A stretch of DNA of 64,000 bases, from NCBI RefSeq assembly GCF_009914755.1, contig NC_060937.1. One strand, 5' to 3'. The translations under genes were made by a program, and so were the position numbers. Each line of letters starts with the position of its first letter. Within the stretch, counting starts at the first letter, position 1. The DNA comes from the human T2T-CHM13v2.0 reference genome, Homo sapiens. Under the pieces are notes generated by a model. That model did not search any database. It worked only from the letters and a program-made list of their open reading frames with translations, and had not been told where the DNA came from. Positions 43,951 through 55,960 of this stretch are shown one piece after another.

Positions 43951-45726
43951 TTATCCACAGTGAGGTTCATTCTGATCACAGACAGCTACAGGAGCCAATC
44001 TGCTTTCCCAGTTGAGAAATGTGAAAACCAGGGAGGCTGAACTTTTTTAAACTAAATAAAATTCCGCTTGCAGAATGCCCTCATACCCTTGCTATCTGGA
44101 AGATTGAGCGTATCCTTACAAAGTTAATGACATGTGCTTATTGCAAAGTTAATGGCATAGAACTGCATCTTCTATTTATCTAGCTCTTTAAGTTTTAAAG
44201 AATTCTAACCAACTTTATATACCATGCAAATTGTGTTTCTCTCTCTACATACACCCACACATATATATATAATGTAGTTAGCCTGACTTGTTTTTTATTT
44301 TCTCTATCTGTACGGTTGTGAAAGTAACCTAAGACATAAGGAATTGATATCTGGAGAGCATTTTGATATACTTGGATGAAGTACTTTTGGTGTATTTGGA
44401 AGTAGCTATCATGATCTGTTTACTTAAATTCATGGCTGCAATCATCACCTCTTCTCTAGTGTGCATTCTACTTGCTCACTTCTTTTTGAATACATCTTAT
44501 AATTCTTGCATTAGTGAAATCTACTCTTCTTGATAATAATACCTTATGGTTCTTTGGCACTGTTGGTTTTAAAAATATTTTTGCATTCATTATCTCATTT
44601 AATCCTCACAACAGTGTTGTGAACTAAGCAGGGCACATATTATTTCTATTTTACAGGTATATTTCATTGACTTTTCAATGTTGGAAGGTGCCTTTAAGAT
44701 CATGGAGCCCGACTCCCTCTTTTTCACTCGTGAAAAGTCTGGGTCTCAAAGAGGATAAGAGAGCTGTCTGGTTTCAAAGTGCCCATCAGTGACAAAATCA
44801 GGATGAGAATTCTTGTGACCTTTCAGTCTGTAATGCTGGTGCAACCCTCACTTAAGCAAATTGCCTATTCTACTTGACTTAGATCTGTCCTAACCACCTG
44901 CAGCCAGGAACACCTGAAGGAGCTGGTTAGAAATGCAGATTCCTGGGCCACACCCCAGTCTGAGTAAATCAGACTCACAATGGGAGGCTCAGAAATCTGC
45001 ATTTAAAACTCACTGGAGTTATTTTTCTGTACTGGGATGTGTGAAAGCTACCAGCTCATTGGAGTTAAGCTCTGTGGATCTGAGCCCCGTTTTATGCTGT
45101 GGTCTTGAGGTCTATGGCCACCATCATGAATTCCTCAGGGTCCTTGACTGGCTTTATCACCACATGTTGAACGCTCATTGCTCAGTGATATGTCTGGGAT
45201 GGGTTTTCTTTCTTTCCAAAATTATTAGTTAGACTCTGCTTTGAGTCTAGCATTGCATTAGAAGCTGGGGTGAATGTTTAAGGGGCTGCTAGCAGAAAAG
45301 ACTCAAGGGTGGCTAAGAGTGAAGGATATGCCCAGATGGGCAAGAGAGAAGGCTGGGCTGACCAACGGCACCGCCATTTTGGACACAGCAATTTGGGTGG
45401 CTGTTTGGATGATTCATGCTGCTTCTCTGCTCATGCTAAGTGTGAGTACACATCTGTGGGTGGTGGCCCTTGAGAACAGTGTTTGTTCCTCCTTTAGGGT
45501 GACAGAATGTGCCAGAGCCCATGCTTAGTGCTTTTGTACATTGCCTTTTTTAATCCTAAAAATGTCTCTATGAGGCAAGGAGTAAATGCAATTATCCCAA
45601 TTTGAAAATGTGGAAATTAAAGCTCAAATAACTTGCTCAAATTCTTGTTAATTGGTAAGTAGTGAGGCAAAGACTCAAAATATTTGGTTGACTCTAAAAT
45701 GAATGCCTTTGACCACCATAATATAT

Positions 45727-46320
45727 AACTGTTTCTTATTATTCACGGATTCCATATTTGTGAATTTGCCTACTTGCTAAAATGTGTATCCACCAAATCA
45801 ATACTTGTAGCACTTTTATGGTAATTCTCAGACATGCACGGAGAGGTGAAAATTTGAGTTGTGTGAAGTTGAGTCCCCAGCCAAGGAGCCTTCTTGTTTC
45901 AGCTCTCAGGCTAGAAAATAGTGTCCATTGCGCAGTCTATCTAGTGCCACTTTTTTTGTTTTGCCTTCTTGTGCATTTTGTTGGTGATTTTGCTGTTAAA
46001 AATGGCTTCTGTACCATTCCAAGTCAAGTGCTGTCTAGTATTCCCAATCACAAGAAGGCTATGCTGTGCCACATGGAGAAAACACATGTGTTAGAGAAGT
46101 TTTGTTTGGGCATGCGTGACAGTGCTGCTGACGTGAATTTGATGTTAATGAATCAACAATACGCACTAAATGAGGTTATGTATTGCTTGGTTGACAAAAC
46201 TGTGACCACAGGCTCACAGGAACATAGCCCTCTATTTCCTGTAGGAGCAATGGTTCTATATTTGCTAATTCAGTATTGGAACTGACTTCATAGAACAGAA
46301 CTCACTGGAATGACAAGGAT
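45727..46320. mobile_element. MER82-like TcMar-Tigger DNA transposon
   Basis: TTATTATTCACGGATTCCATATTTGTGAATTTGCCTACTTGCTAAAAT start; internal GTGCTGTCTAGT..CAAGAAGGCT..GGAGAAAA...GTTAATGAATCAACAATA. Confidence 0.75.
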
Positions 46321-46449
46321 AGGCCACATTTCCTTGTGAGGACCCCAAGAAGCAAAAGCGCCCACTGTGGCCAGGCCAGACAATCAGACGGGGCTTATTT
46401 GGGGATGTCCTGGCCCCTTTGTCAGCCAGCCCCAAGTGTGTCAGTCCCA

Positions 46450-47760
46450 TCGTTAACGCTGGGCTTTCCCATTCTCTCCCGCAGAGGGGCACAGCCGAAC
46501 CCTTCCCGAGGCTCCACAACTTGTACAGCACCCCTCGCTGCGCGCAGCAGGCCGCCCTGCCCCGGCTGAGCCGCAGGATGGCGAGCCAGCACTCCTATCC
46601 ACTGAACCGCTTCTCCTCCGTGCCTTTAGACCCCATGGAGCGCCCCATGTCCCAGGCCGACCTGGAGCTGGACTACAACCCGCCGCGGGTGCAGCTCAGC
46701 GACGAGATGTTCGTGTTCCAGGACGGGCGCTGGGTAAATGAGAACTGCCGCCTGCAGTCTCCCTACTTCTCCCCATCCGCCTCCTTCCACCACAAGCTGC
46801 ACCACAAGAGGCTGGCCAAGGAGTGCATGCTGCAGGAGGAGAACAAGTCTCTGCGGGAGGAGAACAAGGCCCTGCGCGAGGAGAACCGGATGCTCAGCAA
46901 GGAGAACAAGATCCTACAGGTCTTCTGGGAGGAGCACAAGGCCTCGCTGGGCCGAGAGGAGAGCCGGGCCCCCTCGCCACTGCTGCACAAAGACAGCGCG
47001 TCCCTGGAGGTGGTGAAGAAGGACCACGTCGCCCTGCAGGTGCCCCGTGGCAAGGAGGACAGCACCCTGCAGCTCCTCCGGGAGGAGAATCGCGCGCTGC
47101 AGCAGCTGCTGGAGCAGAAACAGGCCTACTGGGCGCAGGCAGAGGACACGGCCGCCCCTGCCGAGGAAAGCAAGCCCGCCCCCTCACCCCACGAGGAGCC
47201 CTGCAGCCCCGGGCTGCTGCAGGACCAGGGCTCCGGCCTCTCCTCCCGCTTCGAGGAGCCCAAAGGGCCTCCGGCCCGGCAGGAGGACTCCAAGGAGCTG
47301 CGCGCCCTGCGGAAGATGGTCAGCAACATGTCCGGGCCCTCCGGGGAGGAGGAGGCCAAGGTGGGCCCGGGCCTGCCCGACGGCTGCCAGCCCCTGCAGC
47401 TGCTGAGAGAGATGAGGCAGGCGCTGCAGGCCCTGCTCAAGGAGAACCGGCTCCTGCAGGAGGAGAACAGGACCCTGCAGGTGCTACGGGCAGAGCACAG
47501 GGGCTTCCAGGAGGAGAACAAGGCCCTGTGGGAGAACAACAAGCTGAAGCTGCAGCAGAAGCTGGTCATTGACACCGTGACCGAGGTCACCGCGCGCATG
47601 GAAATGCTCATCGAGGAGCTCTACGCCTTCATGCCGGCCAGGAGCCAGGACCCCAAGAAGCCTAGCAGGGTCTGAGGCCTCGGCCTTGCACCGGGACGCC
47701 GAGTTTGGGACACCGAACACTGGGCAAAAGAGAATCCCCTGCCTTCCTTTGTCGTCCTCG
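46450..47760. other. Intragenic GC/CpG-rich island covering CBY2 exon 3
   Basis: CpG and GC density visibly far above the flanks; not computed. Confidence 0.75.
46485..47675 (+). CDS. CBY2: CBY2/SPERT coding exon 3 (396 codons plus stop)
   Basis: Acceptor CTTTCCCATTCTCTCCCGCAG|AGG; [13 protein letters not shown]...[24 protein letters not shown]...LxEEN coiled-coil repeats...KKPSRV*. Spliced total is 25+27+396 = 448 aa. Confidence 0.97.
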   Translation, partial: RGTAEPFPRLHNLYSTPRCAQQAALPRLSRRMASQHSYPLNRFSSVPLDPMERPMSQADLELDYNPPRVQLSDEMFVFQDGRWVNENCRLQSPYFSPSASFHHKLHHKRLAKECMLQEENKSLREENKALREENRMLSKENKILQVFWEEHKASLGREESRAPSPLLHKDSASLEVVKKDHVALQVPRGKEDSTLQLLREENRALQQLLEQKQAYWAQAEDTAAPAEESKPAPSPHEEPCSPGLLQDQGSGLSSRFEEPKGPPARQEDSKELRALRKMVSNMSGPSGEEEAKVGPGLPDGCQPLQLLREMRQALQALLKENRLLQEENRTLQVLRAEHRGFQEENKALWENNKLKLQQKLVIDTVTEVTARMEMLIEELYAFMPARSQDPKKPSRV

Positions 47761-47825
47761 CCTTCCCCAGCCAGTTCGTACCTATTGAAAAGCAGCGTTA
47801 GCAGCCTTCCTAAACTCAGAGTTTT

Positions 47826-47831
47826 AATAAA
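47826..47831 (+). terminator. Polyadenylation signal of CBY2 (second AATAAA at 47903-47908)
   Basis: AATAAA 150 nt after the stop; T-rich (CTTT)n tract downstream at 47872-47902. Confidence 0.65.
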
Positions 47832-47894
47832 GGTGTGAGGAGGCTGGGGCCAGTTGACACCAGCATGCTGCCTTTTTCTTTCTTTCTTTCTTTC

Positions 47895-48525
47895 TTTCTT
47901 TTAATAAAAGATAGACAATATTTTAGAGCAGTTTTGGGTTCACAGCTAAACTGAGCAGAAAGTACAGGGAGTTCCCATAGACTCCCGTCCCACAAATGCA
48001 TAATCTCCCGCATTATCACCATCCCTCCAGAGAGGTACACTAGTGACAGTCTTTGAACCTACATTGACACATAATTATTCCAAAGTCCGTAAGTTTGTAT
48101 TAGGGTTTGCTGCTGGTGTTGTACATTCTGTGGGTTTGATCAAATGCATAGTGACATGTAGCCACCATTGTAGTACCATATAGAGTATTATAGAGTATAT
48201 GTAGTACCATATAGAGTATTTTCATTGCGCTAAAAATCCTCTGTGCTCTGCCTGTTCATCCCTCCCTCCCCCTCCAGCCTCTGGCCACCACTGATCTTTT
48301 TTACAGTCTTCATAGTTTTGCTTTTTTCAGAATGTCATATAGTTGGAATCGCCAAGTGTGGAGCCTTTTCAGGTTGGCTTCTTTCACTTGGATATGCATT
48401 TAAGTTTCCTCCATGTCTTTTCATAGATTCAGAGACTGCTCATTTCTTTTTAGCACTGAATAAAATTCCATTGTCTGGATAGATCACAGTTTATCCTTTC
48501 ATCTACTAAAGAACATCTTGGTTGC
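47895..48525 (-). mobile_element. L1MC-type 3' end
   Basis: TTTTAGAGCAGTTTTGGGTTCACAG..AAACTGAGCAGAAAGTACAG...TTTTCAGAATGTCATATAGTTGGAATC. Confidence 0.8.
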
Positions 48526-48774
48526 TCTCAAGACAATTATGAATCTGGCTTCTTCTCTCTTTTCCCCTGGTCTCTTCTTTACCTCTGCCTTCATTATTGT
48601 CTCTGTTTTTCTCCTTCAGTTCTTCCTTTTTTTCCTTAGTTTTTTCTTCCTCCTCTTCTCTTTCTCCTATCCTTCTTGCTCCCTCATCATCTCCAATTTC
48701 TGAGGCTATGGGGGTGGGGGTAGGTCTATGGGGGAAGAGATCACCCTAAGCCAGGGCTTTTCGATTGTGCCTTT

Positions 48775-48950
48775 ATTATTCGGGGCTGGATAAGTCTGTG
48801 CTGGGGTCTGTCCTGTGCATTGCACAATGTTTACCAGCATCCCTGGCCTCTACCCACTCAATGCCAGTAACAGCCACCTGGCTCCCAGCTGTGACAACCA
48901 AGTATGTCTCCAGACATTGCTGAATGTCCCCTGGGGGACAAATTTCAACA
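48775..48950. mobile_element. MER20 (hAT-Charlie) fragment
   Basis: CAGCATCCCTGGCCTCTACCCACT...TGTGACAACCAA..ATGTCTCCAGACATTGC..AATGTCCCCTGGGGG. Confidence 0.85.
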
Positions 48951-49451
48951 CTACTATAGGTTTCTCCAAGTACCATTGATTGAAACACAAGTCCTAGAAA
49001 TACACTGAGAAAAATAAAGGTTTGCATGAGGAAATGCTGCTAGAATCCCCTCGGGCAGATTCATAATCATACTCTGACTTAAAGGTCCTAACAAGTCCTA
49101 CAGTGAAGTAATCTGCTTATCCTGGATGAACCCCTAATTACCCAATTTGATGTGATCTTGAAATCTTTTTCTGTGTTTTCTCTGTTATTCACCCAGTTTG
49201 GGAAGGAGTGCCCTGTGCTCTCCCCAACCCCAGGCTCACTTCCCTACCCTCGGATTCCCTCTACTTACTCATGGTTCACACTTACCAGTTGGCTGCAAGA
49301 GATGAGGGTGGTTGGCTGTCAGGCTTACTGGGGGCAGGTGCAGAGGCTCAAGATTTGTTGTCCTGGGCTTCAATGCCCATTTCAAAGTTGGACATACTTT
49401 AGAGTCAAGAAATTGAAAGGTACTCCTAGGTGACTATAAAAGGGAGTTGGT

Positions 49452-49627
49452 CAGTGGTTCCTAAACTTTGCTGTATAGTGGAATCACCTGAGGGTCTTTG
49501 ACAAGTATTGACACCTGGACCCCAGCTTAGACATTATGATTTAATTGATATTGGCTGTGACTGGGCAGTGGTGCATGTAAAAGCTCCCCAGGTGATTCCA
49601 ATATGTAGCAAAGTTTAGGAATCACTG
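49452..49627. mobile_element. MER5-type hAT MITE
   Basis: Terminal inverted repeats CAGTGGTTCCTAAACTTTGC ... GCAAAGTTTAGGAATCACTG. Confidence 0.85.
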
Positions 49628-50104
49628 TAGTAGGATAGTTAAGCCTTCTGATTCTCAATGTAATGCTGCATTCACTAGTAATGAAAATAAGTGAGTAGTC
49701 ACATGTAAAGGAAAGAAGTTTACCCATTTTGCTGATGGAAAACTGATCTTTGTATTGAGACAGACAAGAGTTTGAGACTGGAATATCCTCACTCCTCATC
49801 CACTGTTCATGCTGGCTAAATTTCTGAGACTTGAACAAGCCAAAGGCAGTCACCCGCACCCACAGAACTCTTTGCACACCACTTTTCACTTGATATGACC
49901 TCCAGTAATCCTCAGAGCCCTGTAAGGAAGGCAGTATCATTTCTTCCACAGATATGGAAACAGGAACTCCAAGGGATTTGCAGAGGTTAGCGAGCTAATA
50001 AGAGCCAAACAGGGAATTCAGTGTAGACCAAATGACTGCAGATCTCAAATTCCTTCTATGAGACCAGATTGCCAAGTAACTCTGGTCTCTGAAAATTAAG
50101 TTTA

Positions 50105-50421
<317 letters not shown>

Positions 50422-51416
50422 TCAGATTTAGGAACTTGTCAAGTCTTACTCAAAATAGCATCAGAAATTCCAAAGGAGGGAGAACAAAATGACAGGAGTA
50501 TTTCCTCTCGCTGACTACACACCTGATTTTCATACAGGGCAGAAGGTGACCGATGTCTACACAAAGGCTAAATCACTTATCCCCTGTGGCCACCAAAATC
50601 TGAAAAATGGGAAGTTGTTTTTGATAGGCCTCTGGCCCTTTGCTGTTTTTTGCCCTCCTATATTTGGTAAATTAATCATTCAGGGCATAATGATGTACCA
50701 TAATTTGTCTAAGTCAGTATAATAACCCTGGAGTGTAGGGTTCTTTTTGTTTTTTTGATGAAACCAAATTGATTTATGTGATTCTAGACAGAAGACAAAA
50801 GGCACACTCCCCATGTTTGTGTTACAAATATTTAACTTGGATTAATGTATATAACAGCAGTTGGATGTTTTCTCACAAGCTGACAGAACTCAGAGAACAT
50901 TATACTATTTAACAGTGTCAACTTTTTCTGTCAGGCAGAATCTAAATGGGTGAAAAATTAGCAAGACGAGCCATAAAATATCATTTTTATGGAGTGGGGG
51001 AGATTTACTTCAAAACAATGTTTCATTGTGTAATGCAATCTGTCATAGATTAGCTAGCAATCCAGCAGGATCTAACCTTGTGGAACAGAATGAAATTTCA
51101 TTCTTCAAGGAGAGTATCCTTTAAGCATCTAGGTTCCTTTCGCAGCTTTTTCTTTGTCTGCCTCCTGGTCTAACCTTAAGTCCTTCTCTAGGAACCAAAG
51201 TTGTTTCCTCTTGCAGGGCAGGTCTTGGCTTCATTCTAAACATTCAGCTTTTCCTGTCTTCTTCCATTTGGCCCTTGACTTGACTGGCTTTCTTGGTTGC
51301 TGGATTAAACCCTCCTGCTGAATTGGCTGAATCCTGTTAATAGGTCTATCTGGTGCCCTAAGTTGTGGATCAGGTCAAATAAAGAGGAACATTCACAACC
51401 TAAAACAACTAGCTAG

Positions 51417-52336
51417 TGTACAACAAAAATAAAATCCTAAGCCCCCCAGCCGACTGAATAGGCCTCCCCTTCTTGGCTAAGGAGACCTGAGAGGAACCTG
51501 AAAAACTGAATTTCTAGCCACGATGGGAAGGGAGGTCAGATGTGCCTCATAATACTGCCCCCTTTTGGAGTTTAGGCAGAACTGACCAGCATTAACATTG
51601 AATAGAGATCGCAAGACCGACAACACAGACGCTTTGTGGCAGTAAGATACCAAGTTCCAACCTTCTGGCATAGCATCATATGACAGCAGACCCCAAAAGA
51701 AATAAAAATATTTTACCCCAAAATATATTTCTTTGGCATATTTTGAAATGGCCTGAAAAACTGTCTCTTGAGGGGAGGAGGGAGAATTTGCATCTACAGA
51801 GAATTCTCATTAATGCAACTAGGCCTTCCCTTTCTAGGTCTTTCCCAGATCTAGGAGAGATTAAATGATAACCTGACACCTTTAAGGTCTGAAAAGAGAC
51901 ATTTATTATCTATTCTTGCTGAAGTCTGCTACCGGAAGCTTCACGTACATAATAAAAACCTTGGTCTTCACAATACCTCCTTAACGCAAGCATTCTTTCT
52001 ACTGATTTGAATTTAGACAAAGCATAACTTTTTCAACCAGTTGCCAATCAGAAAATCTTTGAATCCACTTGTGACCTGTAAGCATCACTCCCATCCTACC
52101 TTTCACGTCACACCCCCCTGCCAGGTGTATATGGGATGTATACCTTCCACGTATTGATTTATGATTTTACCTATAATTTCTGTCTCCCTAAAATGCATAA
52201 AACCCAAATTGTAACCCGACTGCCTTGGGCACACTTTCTCAGGACCTCTTGAGACTGTTCCCTGGCTGTGGTCACTTATATTGGCTCAGAATAAACCTCT
52301 TTAAATATTTTACAGAGTGTGGTTTTTCTGTTAACA
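51417..52336 (+). mobile_element. ERV1 solo LTR, MER4 family
   Basis: TG...CA termini (TGTACAACAAAAATAAAATCCTAAGCCCCCC ... TTTTCTGTTAACA); 4-bp TSD CTAG at 51413-51416 and 52337-52340; AATAAA near 52290. Confidence 0.85.
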
Positions 52337-53804
52337 CTAGTTAATGGAATCTCCAGAATTAGTTTGGGGAGGAAATTTCAATAGGGAAATCATTTATGCA
52401 AGGATGGTCATCCAGAGCTTAGCAGAGTGCCAACAATAGGAAACAGAATCAAAACAACTCTGAAGGAAATCCTGTTGGTTTCTGCATGTCTCAGATTCCA
52501 TTCTTGAACTCTTCCCTTTCTGAGGAATTTCCATAAAATAGGGTGACCTCAGTCTGCATGTTGTCAATGCTTGCTGGAGTCCAGTGTTAAGCTGGGCAGA
52601 GCAGGAAGCAGCTGAAAGGAGGGTAAACTGACACAATGTATCTGATAGAGGAAGTCGAGACTCCAAAATCCTCCTTAGTCTCTGTCAGCATATTGTCCTC
52701 CATATTGAATTTCTGATTCATAATGAGAAACATCTTTTACTGGGGAGCCATGTCATTTTTAGAATATTCTGGATATACCAAGAACAGCTGCTGGGAATCA
52801 GCTTTCTTTCCATTCATAATATTGAGCCCGAGTTGGTCTCCTGGTCCTTTTGCAGCAGACAGAATGCTTGTGCTTGGAGATGCCCACCCCCTTCCTCATT
52901 TGCATGCTGGTCTTCTCCAATCTGAGCACTTATCAGTTTCTTCAGGTAAACAGTTATTTCCAGATTCCTTACCCTCTTTGTTCACTCAAACAATGGTCTT
53001 TGTAACTGAGAACAAACTTAGAAGCAGGTGACAGATTATTTTTAATGCTGTCAGGACAAGTGGCTAATTTATGACATTTTCTTTCTAAGCTTGCCTTTAT
53101 TCTTTGCAGATAGGATGATTTGGAACTCTTCATTGGAAATCCTCACTCGGTGGGAACATTAAGTCCAAACCTTTTTCCAGCAATTGGTCAGATGTCACTC
53201 AGGGGTGCTGTGGGATGGAAGAGAGTTTCTTGGTTGTTAGTTACTTTATATGGGGCTATGATTTGATGGTTTTCACCTTTTTCCTCTCCTTTAATCAACC
53301 AATCACCAGATAACTGTTGATCCTATCTCCTTTATGGACCTTGAACCCTTCTACTTCTTTCTATTTCCATGGGCTCAATCCCCGTCTAGCCACTGTTGTC
53401 TTCTGGGTGATTGCTGCAACTCTGAATTGATATGTCTCCAGTGTTACTTCTAGCCAATTTTCCATGTTGCAACCATACTGGTTTTCTTAAATGTGTGAAT
53501 GTAATCATGTTATTTCCTTACTTAAAATTTCTCACTTTCCGTTATCTTTAGAATAAAACAAAACTTTATGATGAGTTTCTGTCTTAAATGTAGATGCTAC
53601 TTAATATTCTTCTGACCTCCTGAATTGTTATCATATCACTGCTTCTCAGGACCCCCACTGGGCTCCTTTACAAGTCAACATAACTTAACCAAATGTCATC
53701 CCTATCTCATGGAAGTTATATCCAAAGAGGATAAAGATTCCTCCTCCTGGGAAGGGCAGGCAGAGCTTTGAGGGAGATGTACTTGGAGAACTGAAGACAG
53801 ATGG

Positions 53805-54142
53805 TGCCATGGACTGAATTTTGTCTTCCCCAAATTCATGTTAAGCCCTAATCCACAGGGTGATAATATCTGGAGATGAGGCCTTTGGAAGATAATTTGA
53901 TTTAGATGCGGTTATGAGGGAGGGACCCTCATGATGGTATTAGTGTTTGCTCTCGCTCTCTCCCTGCCACGTGAGGACACAGAAGGCAGCTGTCTGCGAA
54001 CCAGAAAGGCCTTCACCAGAACCCGATCATACTGTCATGCTAATCTTAGACTTCCCAGCCTCCAAAACTGTGAGAAAATAAACTTTTGTTGTTCAAGCCA
54101 CCCAGTCTATGGTATATTGTTACAGCAGCCATACCTAAGACA
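53805..54142. mobile_element. MaLR solo LTR (MLT1A-type)
   Basis: TGCCATGGACTGAATTTTGTC...GACTTCCCAGCCTCCAAAACTGTGAGAAAATAAAC...CTAAGACA. Confidence 0.75.
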
Positions 54143-54412
54143 GATTGGGATACTTCACTTGCTAGATGGTTGTAATGAATCCACCCTGGACATGATTGTG
54201 CTGCTGGGTGTCAAAAACTGATAACCTCTCACCCTGATCCTTACCTTTAGTAGAGATCATCTACTGAACAAGTTTGAACTAGCAGCAAGGACTTCAGGGT
54301 CAGGCTTCTGGAGATGGGTCTTAGCTCCACTGCTTACTACGTCACCTTGGGTAAGTCATTTCACCTTTCTGTGTTGGTTCATCAATCAAATGAAGAAAAT
54401 AACAGTACCCTC

Positions 54413-54925
54413 TTATATCAGGTATCTACTATTGCATTACAAACCCATTCAAAACTTGATGGTTTGAAATAACCATTGATTTTGCTCACAGTTCTGCAGT
54501 TTGCAAATTAGTCTGGGCTCAACTGTGCTGTTCAGGTCTTGGATGGGCTCCCTCATGCACCTGTGGTCAGCTGGCAGTTTGCTAGGTGGCTCTGCTTCTG
54601 GCGGTTGGCTGACAATTAGGACCCCTTGGTTCTGCTACATGCGGTCTCTCATCCTCCTGCAAATTACTTCAGGCCAGGTCTCAGGGCAGAGGCAAGGGTC
54701 TAAGAGAGAAAGCAGCTGTGTGCAAGGCCTCTTGAATCCTAGGCTTGGAACTGATTCATCCTTACTCCTGCTGACCGCATTCTACAGGTGAAAGCAACTC
54801 ACAATACTACCCCAATTCAAAGGATGTGAAATACCTTCCACCTGTTGATGGCAGGAGCTGGAAAGGACATGGATACAGACAGGGAAGCCATTGATTGGGA
54901 CCATCAGTGCATTTAATCTACCATA
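54413..54925. mobile_element. Old MaLR LTR (MLT1F/G/H-type)
   Basis: TATATCAG...TTTTGCTCACAGTTCTGCAG...CTGTGGTCAGCTGGCAG...TTGATGGCAGGAGCTG...TAATCTACCATA. Confidence 0.6.
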
Positions 54926-55511
54926 CTACCGTCTAGATTGTTGTGAGACTCAAGTGAGACACATGGAAAATGCTTAGAACAGAGCCTACTACACTGTAAG
55001 TACTCAGTAAATATTAGCTGTTATTATCATCATAATCATATTTTTCTGTATATATTTAAGAATATAGATAAAAATTACAGAAATTCATGGAAAATTGCCT
55101 CAGAGACTTTTGAGGATTTTTCAGTTTGTTAAAATAGAGTGATTTTTTGTGGTTCCTGAAAGAACTGTCTGGAGTCAGTCTCTGGGCTCCTCTTTACATG
55201 CTTAAACACAGATTCATTGTGAGGGTTGAATGAATTAATGTATATAAAATGATTAGCTCAGCCCCTGGAATGTAATAAACACTAATAATGGTAGCTATGA
55301 TTATTATTTTCCTTCAACAGGGTCAATGATTTGGTAAAGAATGTCCCTTTTACCCAGCTTCAATCCATTCCTAAAATGCATTATTGGCTTAACATGGTGC
55401 CGAGAATGCAAATCTAACAGGTGAAGTCAGTGGATGAAGTAGAAGTAGAACAAAGTTTTATGATGGAAATCTCTCATGAACACATAGGTGTATATACATT
55501 AGATAAATAGA

Positions 55512-55960
<449 letters not shown>

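Noticed and set aside
45782-46285. 167-aa ORF
   Set aside because: Lies inside the MER82-like Tigger relic and runs across non-coding parts of the element.
46419-46484. N-terminal extension [22 protein letters not shown] of the 418-aa ORF
   Set aside because: Non-ATG start; the sequence is the intron 2 polypyrimidine tract and acceptor. The true exon begins at 46485.
46738-47720. Long alternative-frame and antisense ORFs over exon 3 (for example the 249-aa ORF at 46823-47572)
   Set aside because: Expected shadows of GC-rich, GC3-biased coding sequence. The 249-aa ORF starts at GTG and is low-complexity Gly/Ala/Pro.
48169-48220. TGTAGTACCATATAGAGTATT repeated twice
   Set aside because: Small slippage duplication inside an old L1; nothing suggests function.
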